Shown here: positions 37,816 through 50,266 of the stretch, piece by piece | Layout: every line of letters begins with the position of its first letter | Numbering within the stretch: the stretch's first letter is position 1 | Assembly (NCBI GenBank): GCA_032718475.1 | Contig: JAUCBJ010008134.1 | Coordinates: 1-62,387 of the forward strand | DNA: 62,387 nucleotides | Source of the DNA: Nemertoderma westbladi | Lineage: Eukaryota; Animalia; Xenacoelomorpha | Reading direction: 5' to 3' | Notes under the pieces: generated by a model | What the model was told of the DNA's origin: nothing | The model's input: only the letters and a program-made list of their open reading frames with translations | Databases searched by the model: none | Made by a program: the position numbers and the translations under genes

Positions 37816-38979
37816 TGTTCGCGCTTTTAGACCTTTAGCAGTTTAACCTGCCAAATTTAGGTGTCTTTTAAGTTATAAATCGACTTTAGCCTATGACGAG
37901 TATTTGATACACTACATTAGCCGAAGCCAGCCTATGCGCGACCATTCACCCGCTGGATATACCCGGGAGACTGGATTCGGAAGCTCTGACCTTATTGCGG
38001 TGTAGGCCTACTGTATTATTCGATTGATCGTTAATATATAATCTCTGACCAATATTATTCACTTTCGGGAAATATTAACAGTTCCTTTAGGACGTGGCGC
38101 TCTAAGTATGTAAACAGAGTTATGACTTACACTAGACACAACAGGATGGCTATTGATTCACGTATAAAGCGCATTCTTTAGGAGATGCTTTGTTATCTAT
38201 CACACTCATGCACACTACCGCACAATACTGCACACCGATCTGCCAACCTTCACTAATTTTAGTCACATATAAAGAGAACAGCAACCGACACATGTAGTGC
38301 CTATGAAATAGCATTAGATTCACTCCAAAACCACTTTAATGTAAGTCGCAATTGTTATATGTAACCGGTCTCTCTAACCTTCAGTATATCAAGAAGATTG
38401 GGGTTTTCTGATTATTTATCGATATTATCCAAATATAACAATATTCCATCAACTGATACAAATTAATAACCGACAGTAAATAGCAGTAAAATAATGCGGT
38501 GAAAGCATAATGCATATGTACTGAGTTGGTTTGATAACAGTTATACGTTTCTATGATCAAAGCCTACTAATGTTTGGCTAAAGTCTGAAACTTCCACAGA
38601 AGTACAGAAGAATCCTAAGCCGGTGTTCTGGGCTTAGAAAGATACATACTGACTGAATTGCGTGAGTTTCTATATGCACTGTCCAACACAAAGAAAATCG
38701 CTCTGATTGGTCGACCGAACAAAGAACAAGGGAAAAATTACACGTGTACATATCAGCTGATAGATGTCGTCATCGTAACTACACTGTATCAAGAGGATTT
38801 TGGCTTATTGCGACATAAAATCGCTAGTTATGTCCGCTAAAGTACACATACAGAAGAAATGGCTTTTTATGTCCACTAAAACACCTGTACAGTAAGGAAA
38901 CGGCTTTTTATGTCCGCTAAAACACCTACAGAGTACTTTGCGGGGAAAATAACTAGCTAGATCCGCAAAAGCCTTTACA
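37816..38979 (-). repeat. 3' LTR of element C (about 1164 bp)
   Basis: Minus strand reads PPT-like GGGAGCGG then TGTAAAGGC...CGCGAACA; 37816-38369 is repeated at 51103-51656; the 38979 boundary is inferred from the PPT. Confidence 0.7.
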
Positions 38980-39057
38980 CCGCTCCCAGAAAATGGGATT
39001 TAATTCTATAAAATATAAAAAATCACAGTTTCTAAAATATAAAAATACTCTAAACAG

Positions 39058-40612
39058 TTAGTTTTTCTTGCGCGGACGGCGTTTACGCAGTTTTTTGAGG
39101 CTAGCAAGAGTCCTTTTCTCTTTGGGGCGAGCCACTTTACTAGGAGGGCTATAACTCCTGGGTGAAGGGTGCAATACAATTGCATCGGAAGGTTTAGGAT
39201 TACGGTCGGTGTATCCGCCGGTCGAGGTACCTGGTTGATCGATATCAACCTCAGTGGAACGAGGTCGAACAACCTTGAGAGCGCATTTTAAGACAGCAGC
39301 CCTTATTGGTCCCTGACGATTCGTCTGCACAAGAGCGGTAGGTGGACCGTGTGTAGTGAGAAATTTCCTCGGTTTGATGATTCTTTTCAACTCGCGTTCT
39401 CGGGCTCTATCGGAATCGATATGCTTCTCCTCGAGCTGATTTTCCTCCGCTTGTCTGTCGGAAGCATTCGTCTAAAACTCTTGCAGAAAGTAGAGTCGTC
39501 CAAGTTCGATATCTTCTTAGAGATTCTGGATTTCCTCGATCGAACTGAGATAAAGCTAATTCGTTTACAGCTTGGACCTGCTGCTGCAATTTACGTTTCT
39601 CTAAACAATTGTAGGTTCCTTTTCCGATCTTTTGACGAATAGTGTCCAACGCGTTTCGTACAACTCTCTCCCTCCGCCTCGGTGACAGGTTGTATCGGGT
39701 TAAACAGGGACGATGATACGGTTGAATGGCGATATTAGATGTCCGCGTCCCAATCCGGCTAGGTAAGATGGGCGAATATTTAGGGAGCCCACAACCGGAG
39801 TGCCACCGACTAACTGTTCGGGTAACACTAGATCTTTGAACAGTGAGTACAGTTCGGGAGGATCCGTGATACTATTAGGATCAAGAGTCTGAGGTCTAAC
39901 TAGGGAATGAGGAGGTCTGACCGAGTATTCCGGAACTCTGATCATAGGTTTATTTAAGGATCGTTTGAATCGAGCGAGCGTAGGTGATACATCGAACAAG
40001 TTTCGCTCGAAACTCCCGTAAATATAGCGAGTAAAACCGTGTTTAAAACAACGTCTCCGCAGATGTTTATGTTTTTCCGTTTGTTGGTTGGGTCTTGGGC
40101 ATTCATCGCAATAATACCAAAGACGCACGTCTTGTAGGGGAAACGCGGGTGATATTTATTCGGTTTTACAACGTTTCTCTCAAGAATTCCAAATATACGT
40201 TGGAGTTACTGCGTTTATCCGGTTCTTTAACGTCTTCTCTTTCGAGTCGATTTCGAATAGAATTTTCGCATTCGATTTTCAGTTTATCGTTCCGACTCCG
40301 CTGGGTAGGATATTTAAACAGTACCATTTCCCTTTCGGTGTCGACATCGTCCGTATCGTGTAAATCGATAAGATGACCAATAGTTAAGAAGTCCATATAC
40401 GTACCATTACGATGCGTATAGCGAGCAGTGAATTTTCGATAGTCCAATTCACGCGTAAGTTGCTCCTGGGACATCGGCGGTTCGATATAACGACCATCGT
40501 CCTTCGTAGTAGTTGGACTAGCGTCGCTGCGTATCAAGCTATCAACAAACGCTTGCAAAGGTAGAGTATATCGCTCCCTGATACCAAGATCATCTTCTAT
40601 CAACTCAGTCAT
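39058..40612 (-). pseudogene. Orphan coding-like region between the pol remnant and 3' LTR of element C
   Basis: Four consecutive same-strand ORFs (148, 142, 80, 110 aa) in a GC-richer island ending in a basic tail; no family recognised. Confidence 0.5.
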
Positions 40613-42317
40613 ATCTGCTATATGAGTTTATTAATATTATAATGAGTTTATAATTAGGCTAGCGGGCGTCGCTGCCTACCCCTCTCGGCCCCCGGACAGT
40701 GCAAGATCCTCAGCGCTGGTGTACTTTCGCCGATGTGCCTATCGCCAACGTAGTAGCTGCACAACGACCACAACAACCAGCGCGAGTCACTCCACCGTCC
40801 GTCCCAAAGGCTTAGATTTACTTCAGGTTCTTACTGGAGAGTTAGGGCTACTTTCACAATTGCGACTCGCTACTGTAAACACACTTTAGTAGTAACATTC
40901 ACCTATAAACGCACAAATTCCACACAACTGTCACAAATTGTACACATGCAGGCCATTTGTCCGTTAGTCAGTGCCTTCCAGAATGCCACGTTATTATTAT
41001 GTATCCTTGGATACTAGCAGTGTGCTATTTATTCCCTATGCTATTCAATGGGGCAAGCCTTTATTGTTCTTTTAACTCACTTCTAATTCTAGCGTGGTTG
41101 TTGCCATGGTGACATTATGGAAAGCTAGCAGTAGAATTAGGGTAATTCTCATGCATACAGATCTGGGATGCTATTTAATAGTAATTCTTTAATTGTCAAT
41201 ATTCCTCTTTATACATGATTTTATGAATTTTATCGGCTATTGACTATATATTGGAGATTCTCGCACACTAATACACTTAATAGGGTGAATCTCCGCTCCC
41301 ATGATCTATTAATTAATGGAATTTTGGGAATGTTATAAATTGCATAAAAATGACAATTTATCAAATTCATTAAAAGATATGAATTTAAATTTATTCCCGT
41401 AAATTTTATTATTTAATATTAAAATAGACACAATTTTATTCCAGAACATATCTGGGGACTGGGATCCTTGATTCTAGGAAATTTGTTCTTTTAAGAGTAT
41501 CGGTAAGTGCTACGATATCTTAATTGACTAGAATTTTAAAGGATCTAAATTTTGACAGATTTTAATTTATAGATTTTCTAGAGTTAACTTGTAAGTAGTT
41601 ACTCTATTGTATCTATTTGACAGATTTTATAAATATTAATAATTAATATTTAAGATGGGCACCGGTTTATTCCAGAACATGTCTGGGGACATTAACCATT
41701 GATTCTAGAATTTTGTCTTTCAAGTATATCGGTGGGTGCCGCGATATCTTAATCGACTAGAATTACAGATGGTCAAAGGGTTCAACAGATTTATTTTGCG
41801 TTTTACGCTACTGTTAAAGGGACATCACGCTACTATATGTATTATTTAATATACGGTATGAGAGCAATATCGCAAGAAGCAATGTCAGTGAGAAGAGGCA
41901 AGTCGTTTCCAAGGTCTACCCAGAGCTTGGTTTAGCCGAGACACGAGGATCTGAACTTTGCATTCCTAATACTCTACTTACCAATAATACTTGAATATAG
42001 TAGGAGCTTTATTGTACTTTAATAAGTACGGACATTTCATCTTACTGTAGTCACGTATTTATAATATGATACGGACAGTAAGGAAAGAGAAAAAGAATTA
42101 TTTCTCGCCGTCGCACTAAATATATAATATATAAGTAATTAAGTAATAAACACTAATATATATTGCACTAATCTACTAAATAATCGCTAAAATAACATTC
42201 TACTAAATAAAATTAAAGAAAACGATTATAATAAAATTACATAATAATACATACATAAATATAAAATAATAAAAACAAATATAAAATAATATAGTCACAC
42301 ACCCACTCCAGACGCTG

Positions 42318-45300
42318 TTACGTTGGGGAGTCCCTAGATGTTTGTTGGATTAGGGAGGTGGTCGTGGGAAGAGTATCTTGCCTTCCATAGTTTCCGGACA
42401 GTTCTCGGTCTCTTTCCAGTAAACATAAACGACCAACTGGGCGATTGAGTTGTTGTGTTTCGAATACAATTCCAGGTTTCCTCTTCGTCCTGGAATAGTG
42501 ACGATAGAAACATCGCTTCAAATACACGACGGCCTTACAAAGCCGATTCCAGGATCTATAGTGGTCCATCGCTCCCGGCAGGAGAGGTGAGAGTCCCGGC
42601 GAGACGTCTGGTGTTCCAGATCTCCAGTCTCTCTCTCTGATCTCCACAACAGATCGGTTCGCGGTGGGGGAGTTTAGATCCACAGCGTCGTCCCTGGCAA
42701 TGTGTAGTACAGACAGATCTATCACGGGTTTAAATAACCTTGATTTACTCGTCCGGGTTTTAGGTTTGACTTTCTCCGCTCCCTTGGCTTGTCTAATCTC
42801 AGCCGTGGTAAGATGGGGAGGCCATTCATCTTCTTTACTTAGGAAGTCGGGTCCACCTAACCAGTCTGGAGTATCTGTCAGTTCTTGAGGAGTTGCTCCT
42901 CTGGAAGCGATGTCGGCTAGATTAATCGTCTCGGGGCAATGTCTCCATTGATCTACATTGGAGTTAATATCGTCATTATCTGAGGAGTATGGTGTTCCCT
43001 CAGTTGGGTCGTCTACCTCACTGCTCTCCGCTTCCCATTCACTTACTTGGTATACCCGTTCTTTTGGTAACCTTTCCATGAGAGTTCTACGGGAAGGGCC
43101 AGTAAAGTACCAACCTACTCTAGTTCTTCCCGCATAGGCTTGTAGTGGTTGCGGTTGAGCAGGCCGTTTCTCCAATGTCTCAAGCGCCTCATGCGCATTT
43201 TGGCCGATGAGTATTTGCACTCCAGGGTAGTCTGTGTTGAATCTAGGTATCTTAAGCTGCTGGGTGAAATCGTCCTCATCCCAGTTATAAGGTTCTACTT
43301 GGCTGGTAGCGAAGTTCTTTATCGCCACCATTTTTACTGACCTTATACTGTGTTCTCCTAGTTCATCCTGGGGGGTGGACAACGCACCTACATAATAATC
43401 TGCTATTACTGTAGATTTCCAAACCTGCATAATTCCTGACATGTTTAACTTAGTTCGGAACTTGGGTTGTCCAGCAAAGATGTCTTCGGCTAGTTCTTTG
43501 TCGATGAATGTTCCTGTGCTACCGGAGTCAAGGAGGGCGTTCACTATATAACTCCTTTCAGGTCCGTGGACCCTCAACTGCACTACGGGAAATTCTCGGA
43601 TTCCTACATTGGAAGTTGGTGCTTTCCAAGATGGTTGTCGGTCAGAAGTAGTTAGGGGGAGCTCGCTGTCGGTGTCCTTTTCATACGTAAGTGCTCGATA
43701 CACTGCGGTATTTATCAGGTAACAGGATTCGTTTTCGTCGGAGAATTCGTCCGTATAGAATCCTTCCATCTCAGAACTTTGGTCAGTGTCGTTCACATCA
43801 CTGAATTGGACATGTAGTTCGGACTCACTTACCTGACTCGGGCTGTTTCGTTCGAATTCAGTGTGCAACAAGATATGATGTTTTGCGCCGCACTTTGCAC
43901 ACCTTGCGTCGGAGTAACAGGTTCGCCGTTGGTGTCCTCGTCTGAGGCAATTATAACACAACCGCTTATCCCACATGACTTCACGTCTATCCTTTAGTGA
44001 TTTCCTCAGGAATTCATCACACGCACTTAAACGGTGGGGCCCGTCGCACAGCACACGTTTTGGTTTGATGTTACTTACCTTACTTTGGGTAACGTTGTGC
44101 ACACTCGTTCTTTCTTCGGGCTTTCTTACATGAATTCTCTTAGGAGACGTAGGAGGAGTTTTTCTTACCTGTTCTCTCCTGTCATTGGTTCGAGACTTGA
44201 ATTTACTTACGTCCTTAGGCGCTTTGTTGTCATAGTAAGATCTTTCAGTGTCTTTCCCGCTGTCTTCCTCTTGAGAAACCTGGCTTTCGCCGTCGTCTGT
44301 ATAACACACGGGTATTACCTTTCTCCTAGAAACGGGTTTCTCACTTACCTTATTTTCCGGTGTCTTCTCTCTGGACTGTTTTAGGAGCTGTAATTTTACC
44401 TCTCCATCTAAGAATGACATGAGATCAGCCATGGTAGGGTCTCGTCGTTGTTGTTCCATCATATATAACACTTTCTTATCCCAGCGTGTACCTACTCCAC
44501 CCTTCGGTAAAGTAGAGGCCACGGCTCCAATAACCATAGAACTCTGATATTCATGAGACTTACCTAGCCAATCTAATTGTCTACAGATCTCCTGAATCTC
44601 ATTGGAAAACTCTATAATCCCGCTGCTAATGAACTTTCGGGGGGCTACCAATTTTGCATACAAATACCTAGCTATGTTATTCCTATTACCATACCTGATG
44701 TTTAGTGTATCCCAAACTTGTCTTAATCCATCTGGATGTCCAATAAACTTTAACGCCATTAACTTGGGAGATCCTTCCAAGCACTCGATGAGGAATCTAA
44801 GTTTCTCTCCGTTAGATAGCACAGAGTTCTGTATGTTATCTTTGTAATATTCATTAAAAGGTAACCATTTCATCTCATCTCCATTGAACTTGACGATCTC
44901 TCCCACCTTTACCGCTTGACGGGCTTCGGTTCTAGCCATTTGACGCGTAAAACTTTCTTGGGCCATTGTGTTATTTAATATCGAGTTATCGGTATATAAA
45001 TTTCTCGGATTATGATCAGGTCTATATGGAATATCATTGTCAACAGGTTTATAATTACCCTTAATAGGGTTTACTATAGGAGTTTCCACTTCACTAGCAG
45101 TATAGATGCGTGTAGGCTCCACACCTTGCGCATGAAATACTTCAGACCTAACAGGTTGACACATTGTTACAGGGGGTGGTGGTATACCCTTTTGTGTATT
45201 TACTAATTTATCGCGTTCTAACGCGATACTTTGCTGCACTTCTTGCAACTCTAACCTACTTTCCCTTACTGTTCCCTTAAACTGATGAACAGTCTCCTGC

Positions 45301-45710
45301 ATCTGCCCGAGCAGGAGATTCATCCCTCGCCGCCCCTCATCCACCCACTCGACCGCCGAAGCGGGAGCCGCCAACATAGTAGCGGGCAGACGAGAGACGA
45401 CGGGCGATAAATTCTTGATATCTCGCTCGGCGTCCAGGACGGGTTCGGACTCGGGAACAGTCCTACTGGGCACAGGTAGTTTAGTACTGTGCAAAGGGAA
45501 TTTAGAGGTAGGTTCTGGGAGTACAGGTGTCTCTATCACCGAAGGGGTGGCTTCGAGAACAGGCCTAATTATTTCAGGCTCATCTACTATAGTAGGGAGT
45601 CTTTCTATTTTAATTATTTGGTCTGTGGGTTCTGTACTACCTATGTCTGTGCTAGCTAGTTGCCTTCTAACAGCTGGGGGCAAATCAGGCAATTTCTGAC
45701 GGTGGGACAT
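42318..45710 (-). CDS. BEL Gag-protease fused in frame to RNase H-end and integrase-end remnants (1130 aa)
   Basis: DUF1759-like KFNGD..W..F..EKLRFL; knuckles CYNCLRRGH..C and CAKCGAKHHILLH; protease ALLDSGS; then WRHCP..NLADIASRG..WLGGPDFL and RPVGRLCLLE. Confidence 0.88.
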   Translation of the reverse strand: MSHRQKLPDLPPAVRRQLASTDIGSTEPTDQIIKIERLPTIVDEPEIIRPVLEATPSVIETPVLPEPTSKFPLHSTKLPVPSRTVPESEPVLDAERDIKNLSPVVSRLPATMLAAPASAVEWVDEGRRGMNLLLGQMQETVHQFKGTVRESRLELQEVQQSIALERDKLVNTQKGIPPPPVTMCQPVRSEVFHAQGVEPTRIYTASEVETPIVNPIKGNYKPVDNDIPYRPDHNPRNLYTDNSILNNTMAQESFTRQMARTEARQAVKVGEIVKFNGDEMKWLPFNEYYKDNIQNSVLSNGEKLRFLIECLEGSPKLMALKFIGHPDGLRQVWDTLNIRYGNRNNIARYLYAKLVAPRKFISSGIIEFSNEIQEICRQLDWLGKSHEYQSSMVIGAVASTLPKGGVGTRWDKKVLYMMEQQRRDPTMADLMSFLDGEVKLQLLKQSREKTPENKVSEKPVSRRKVIPVCYTDDGESQVSQEEDSGKDTERSYYDNKAPKDVSKFKSRTNDRREQVRKTPPTSPKRIHVRKPEERTSVHNVTQSKVSNIKPKRVLCDGPHRLSACDEFLRKSLKDRREVMWDKRLCYNCLRRGHQRRTCYSDARCAKCGAKHHILLHTEFERNSPSQVSESELHVQFSDVNDTDQSSEMEGFYTDEFSDENESCYLINTAVYRALTYEKDTDSELPLTTSDRQPSWKAPTSNVGIREFPVVQLRVHGPERSYIVNALLDSGSTGTFIDKELAEDIFAGQPKFRTKLNMSGIMQVWKSTVIADYYVGALSTPQDELGEHSIRSVKMVAIKNFATSQVEPYNWDEDDFTQQLKIPRFNTDYPGVQILIGQNAHEALETLEKRPAQPQPLQAYAGRTRVGWYFTGPSRRTLMERLPKERVYQVSEWEAESSEVDDPTEGTPYSSDNDDINSNVDQWRHCPETINLADIASRGATPQELTDTPDWLGGPDFLSKEDEWPPHLTTAEIRQAKGAEKVKPKTRTSKSRLFKPVIDLSVLHIARDDAVDLNSPTANRSVVEIRERDWRSGTPDVSPGLSPLLPGAMDHYRSWNRLCKAVVYLKRCFYRHYSRTKRKPGIVFETQQLNRPVGRLCLLERDRELSGNYGRQDTLPTTTSLIQQTSRDSPT

Positions 45711-47392
45711 TCTTCTACGCCTACTTAGACGAGATCTATTTCCTCCGCCTTCAGGATCGGTGGTATCGCCTTCATCAGAGGATGTAAATCCCTGTCGTTT
45801 GGGAGTAGATCAACTCATCATCTGCATTTGACTAGCTGTTAACTGTTCATTGAAGTTGTCTTGCCTCTCTTGAAGATTTTCCAACTCTAGTTGGGTTGTG
45901 TCTTCAGATGCCCTCCGTTCTGCTTCTGCCACTGCCGCTTTTCTTTCTGCTTCTGCCGCTTTTCTTTCCGCTTCTGCCCCTGCCACTGCCGCTTTTCTTT
46001 CCACTTCGGCCGCTTTTCTTTCCGCTTCTGCCGCTGCCACTGCCGCTTTTCTTTCCACATCGGCCGCTTTTCTTTCCGCTTCTGCCGCTGCCATTGCCGC
46101 TTTCTTTTCCACTTCTGCTGCCTTTCTTTCCGCTTCTGCCGCTGCCATTGCCGCTTTATTTCCACTTCTGCTGCCTTTCTTTCCGCTTCTGCCTCTGCCG
46201 CTGCCGCTGCTGCTGTCTTTCTGTCTTCTATACGTTTTTTCTTTACTTGTTCTTCTTGAACCTTAGCGATGCGGATGCTTTCATCAAATTTAGCTTGGTT
46301 CGCAGCTGACATTTCCGCATCTATTGCGTCCAGCACAAACTTGGCTCCTTCACTATTATGGCGAAGTCCATCTAGCCTTCTCCTCAACTCTTCATCACCT
46401 AGAAAGCGTTGATAGTCTGACAGATAGATGTCAATAGCATCCCTCTTATGCGGTTTCTCTGCTGTCGCTTCGCTTTCCACTTGAGAAAAGGTAGCGTCTG
46501 TTGATTCTCCATGGGTTGAGCGCTCAGCCAGCTGAGATTTCCACTGGGCCGTTCCTTGAACCTTGAGACTCACCCGCTGGAACCAAGTCTTTACAGCAAC
46601 TTGCAACAACGTGTCTTGTCTCCTTTTCGAAGCTTCCTCAAAGGCCGATAGGATTAGTCTGATTCTTAGAATTCTTTCTCTAACTTGATAAAGCAGCTCT
46701 CCCTGCTCTTGAGGTCCTTGGGGTTGTCGAAACAGTTGTTCCTCTAATCGCTCCAAAGAGCTGAAGAATCCCTGTACGTATCCTGCTGCCGACCTCTTCC
46801 ATACAGCTGGATCACTGGTGTCTTTTGTCACTCCCATCCTGTGTATGTCTTCCCAGGCAGCTTCCGATAAGTCAAACGGGAGTCCGGGTCCGGGGAAGTT
46901 CCATTGCGACTCGACAATAGACTTCAGTTCTTCCCTTGTGTATCCCGCATAACTATCCTTGGTCGATCGCTTACTTCTTGCCCAATCAATCTGGTGTTCC
47001 TCCACCGCAATCAATACCCTAGTGAGTACGGCTGCAGGAAGGATGAGAAGGGGATCCGAATAAACCGCATCTGCCATCTTTGCTCCACGCTCGGGTGTCA
47101 GCTCTACAGTATCCGCACTACTGGAGCTGTCGGGCCGCTGAGAAATAAGTTCTCGGCTCGAGTGTTGCTGCTGTTCCGCTGCTTCTTGGTCTCGCTTGAC
47201 TTGAGCTCGAGTGCCTATGATAGACCTACGGTGTTGGACTAGCCTAGGGTCTGATATTACTACTGGAGGGATGATCTTTCTTACAGTAGGAGGTGAGTTG
47301 AACTTCGGTCTCACACGTTCCACACTCCTATCTGGGTCACAGATGGTTGTATCTAGGAGACTGTCTGACAGGTTTTGCTTTGTGTCAGACAT
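45711..47392 (-). pseudogene. Gag N-terminal part of element C with an Ala/Glu/Arg/Lys coiled-coil repeat
   Basis: One frameshift near 46155 and one in-frame TGA (45810-45812) exactly 33 codons upstream of the 45710 ATG; 54-bp repeat encoding AAVAAAEAERKAAEVERK. Confidence 0.8.
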
Positions 47393-48618
47393 GTTTGTTT
47401 GTACAGTTGAATGCCTACTGCTATATTACAGTTAAAGCAAGTCTAGTAATTCAGTATCAACTGTTAGCCTAGTAATTAATTACCGATATCGTTACTCAGT
47501 GTGACGTAATATATATACACAATATATTAGAATACCAGTATACACTTATAGTATATATAAGTATTATTACAGACTAGGTTTGTCACAGAATACCGGTATA
47601 TAATTTCAGCACAAATATATATAAATATATATAAGCCTATCGTGAATACCGGTATACAACTTACACTTATAGTATATATAAGTATAATTATAGACTAGAA
47701 TTAATTACAGAATACCGGTATATAATTTCAGCACAAATATATATAAATAAATATAATAAGCCTATTGTAAATACCGGTATGTCAATTATTTTAGAATAAT
47801 TTAATTTCTGAATTTTTAAGGGGTTACTTAGTTACTTTACTTGACTTTATTACCGTTATTTAAGCAGTAGTCCAACTGATATTAAGACCTAATTGTTGTA
47901 TGACAGGCCTACTATTTTATAAATCTGTTTGAGTTGATTTATAATATATATATATACTGGGTTTTTGTCAATGTTTGAAATAAATGTTATTATTTCTGGG
48001 AAGCGTCACCGCACAGAAGCTGTACGCTCTCAGTGAAGTGCTACTTGTTGGACACTAAAACAAATAATTCTAATTTACCTAAGTTACTTAATACTACAAA
48101 TTACGTACAATTCGGGGTGAGATTACAATCTCTAAATAAACACAAAAAATTTACACGTACAAATTTTAGGGGTAATTTTACAAGAAGTCTACAAACCAGC
48201 CTAACAAAGGGTTAGAATATCTGGTTATTATTAACGGACAGGATACCACGGTATTTGAAAATAATAAGCAGTAGTAAATATATTGCGTTGTCCAGATAGG
48301 AAAAATACCACCGTCTGACGACTTATAGCCGTATCGCTATAAGTACTACGTTATGTATCACGGAGTGTTCCTACCTAGAAGTTAATTACCGCGGCCAACC
48401 AGAGCCAACGTGCCTATTAACCACTTTACAACACAAATATACTGCCTACACACTAATTACCTTCGGAAAGCACTGTAAACTAAACCCTAAATTAGGTACA
48501 AGTACTTATACAACAAATAACCAGCAGTTAGAAATACTTATACAGCTAAAGGAACCACGGTATCTGCCGGAGTGACCAAAGCATAATATCTCCAGTCTTT
48601 ACCTACGCCAAACAGCCC

Positions 48619-50118
48619 TACTACTACTACTAGGATCGGCATGCTGCATTGCAGCTGCATTTTTAAGAATGCTGTGCCGGCTTGTCAACAAAATTGCACC
48701 GCCACAACTCCCTATCACCCATGACATTTGCTAGATCATCCGCATCTTTAAGGCCAGTGTCCTTTAAGATGCGTCTCAAGAAAGTCATGGGCTGTCCACC
48801 ATGCTTATTCACTCCATGAGGCTGCCAAAGTACAAGATTATGCACTGGCTGGTCCTCACGGCGAAAGCAATGTCCTGCAAAGCGGAGGCGATTTTGTTCT
48901 AGTGTCAAGCTTGGGGGAACCAATGAGACACCTCCAATGTTATATAGTGTCTGGTTGGAGATGTATGCATTGTACTTGACACAATGTACCCGGCGTAGCA
49001 TTCTTGTGAATGTGCCATCCAGAGATTTGGTGTCCTCAGCAGTTAGAGCCCAGCATGGACTCCCGTAGAGGAGTACTGGAACTACTGCTGCTCTAAATAA
49101 TCGGACCTTAAGTTTCCGATTAATTCTAGGTGACTTCCAAATCCTGGAAAGCCTATTCAAGGCTGCCCATGCCTTTCCCTTACGTATTCGAAGGTCCTCA
49201 CCTGACTTCCGGATCCATGATCCCAGGTAACAGAAGTCGTCCACATGCTCAAGCATACCATCATTTGAGCTTATGCTCATCCGATCAGAGACTTGCTGAG
49301 GACTTTCAAAGTTAACTGTCAGAATTTTGGTCTTTCTGGAGTTAATAAAAAGACCAACACTAGAAGCAGCATGTTCTAATGAGCTGAGGAGCCGCTGGGC
49401 TCCCTCTAATGATTCTGAGAGTACTCCTAAGTCATCAGCAAAGTCTAGATCAGATAGGTACTTGGCAGGATTTCCTCGACTTCTGGAGCCAGTAGGTGGA
49501 GTTATCATCACCCCATCATCATTATGATGATCTAAGGACATGCGTAGAACATAGTCAACCACAATAATGAACAAGAATGGTGCAAGTGTGTCTCCTTGGA
49601 GGACGCCCCATAACACTTCAAATGGTTCTGTGTCACCGTCAACAGTAGACACAAATGTTGTCGAACCATCGTATACTGATCTGATTGCTGCAATAATTTC
49701 ATCAGGAATCCCATATAATGAAAGTATGCTGAACATACGTGAGCGAGAGACTGAATCAAAGGCCTTGAAGAAGTCAACAAAGATAACAGCCAGATGCCTG
49801 TCTTTCTTTTTTGATAACTCTTCAATTATCCTTCTAAGTGCCAAAATGGGCTCCATGGTCCCACGACCTTTACGGAACCCATTCTGATTTCCACGTAGCA
49901 GTCTCTCAATGGGATCCCTGATGCGATTTAATAGAATTCTATTGTATAGTTTTGCAGCAATCGAGATCAATGAGATTCCCCGAAAAGAACCATAGAGTGT
50001 TAGGTTGCCCTTCTTGGGAACTGGCACCAACTTATTTGTTTTCATTTCTTGTGGGACTCTTGTTGTACGGTACATGTCTACTATGATGGGATAGATGAGC
50101 TTTAAACACTCAGGTATT
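48619..50118 (-). mobile_element. 5'-truncated RTE-like LINE inside element C
   Basis: (TAG)n tail at 48619-48633; same family as 17491-18916; no TSD found. Confidence 0.9.
48663..50075 (-). CDS. RTE-like reverse transcriptase, open 470-aa frame without an endonuclease domain
   Basis: QNGFRKGRGT, DFFKAFDSV, GVLQGDTLAPFLF, LDFADD, FCYLGS, RLRFAGH. Confidence 0.88.
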   Translation of the reverse strand: MYRTTRVPQEMKTNKLVPVPKKGNLTLYGSFRGISLISIAAKLYNRILLNRIRDPIERLLRGNQNGFRKGRGTMEPILALRRIIEELSKKKDRHLAVIFVDFFKAFDSVSRSRMFSILSLYGIPDEIIAAIRSVYDGSTTFVSTVDGDTEPFEVLWGVLQGDTLAPFLFIIVVDYVLRMSLDHHNDDGVMITPPTGSRSRGNPAKYLSDLDFADDLGVLSESLEGAQRLLSSLEHAASSVGLFINSRKTKILTVNFESPQQVSDRMSISSNDGMLEHVDDFCYLGSWIRKSGEDLRIRKGKAWAALNRLSRIWKSPRINRKLKVRLFRAAVVPVLLYGSPCWALTAEDTKSLDGTFTRMLRRVHCVKYNAYISNQTLYNIGGVSLVPPSLTLEQNRLRFAGHCFRREDQPVHNLVLWQPHGVNKHGGQPMTFLRRILKDTGLKDADDLANVMGDRELWRCNFVDKPAQHS

Positions 50119-50266
50119 TACAGGTATTCATTTCCTGATGTAGTACCGGGGTTAATTTAACTATAACGGTATGTATAACAAGCACAATTACTGTAGGAAT
50201 AAACTTGGGGGTATGAATGTTGCGAATAATCGCATAAACTCTGAATAATAAATATTACGCTACGCC

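Noticed and set aside
45891-46309. Plus-strand Cys/Phe, Leu/Pro and Ala/Ser-rich ORFs
   Set aside because: Antisense shadows of the Gag coiled-coil repeat
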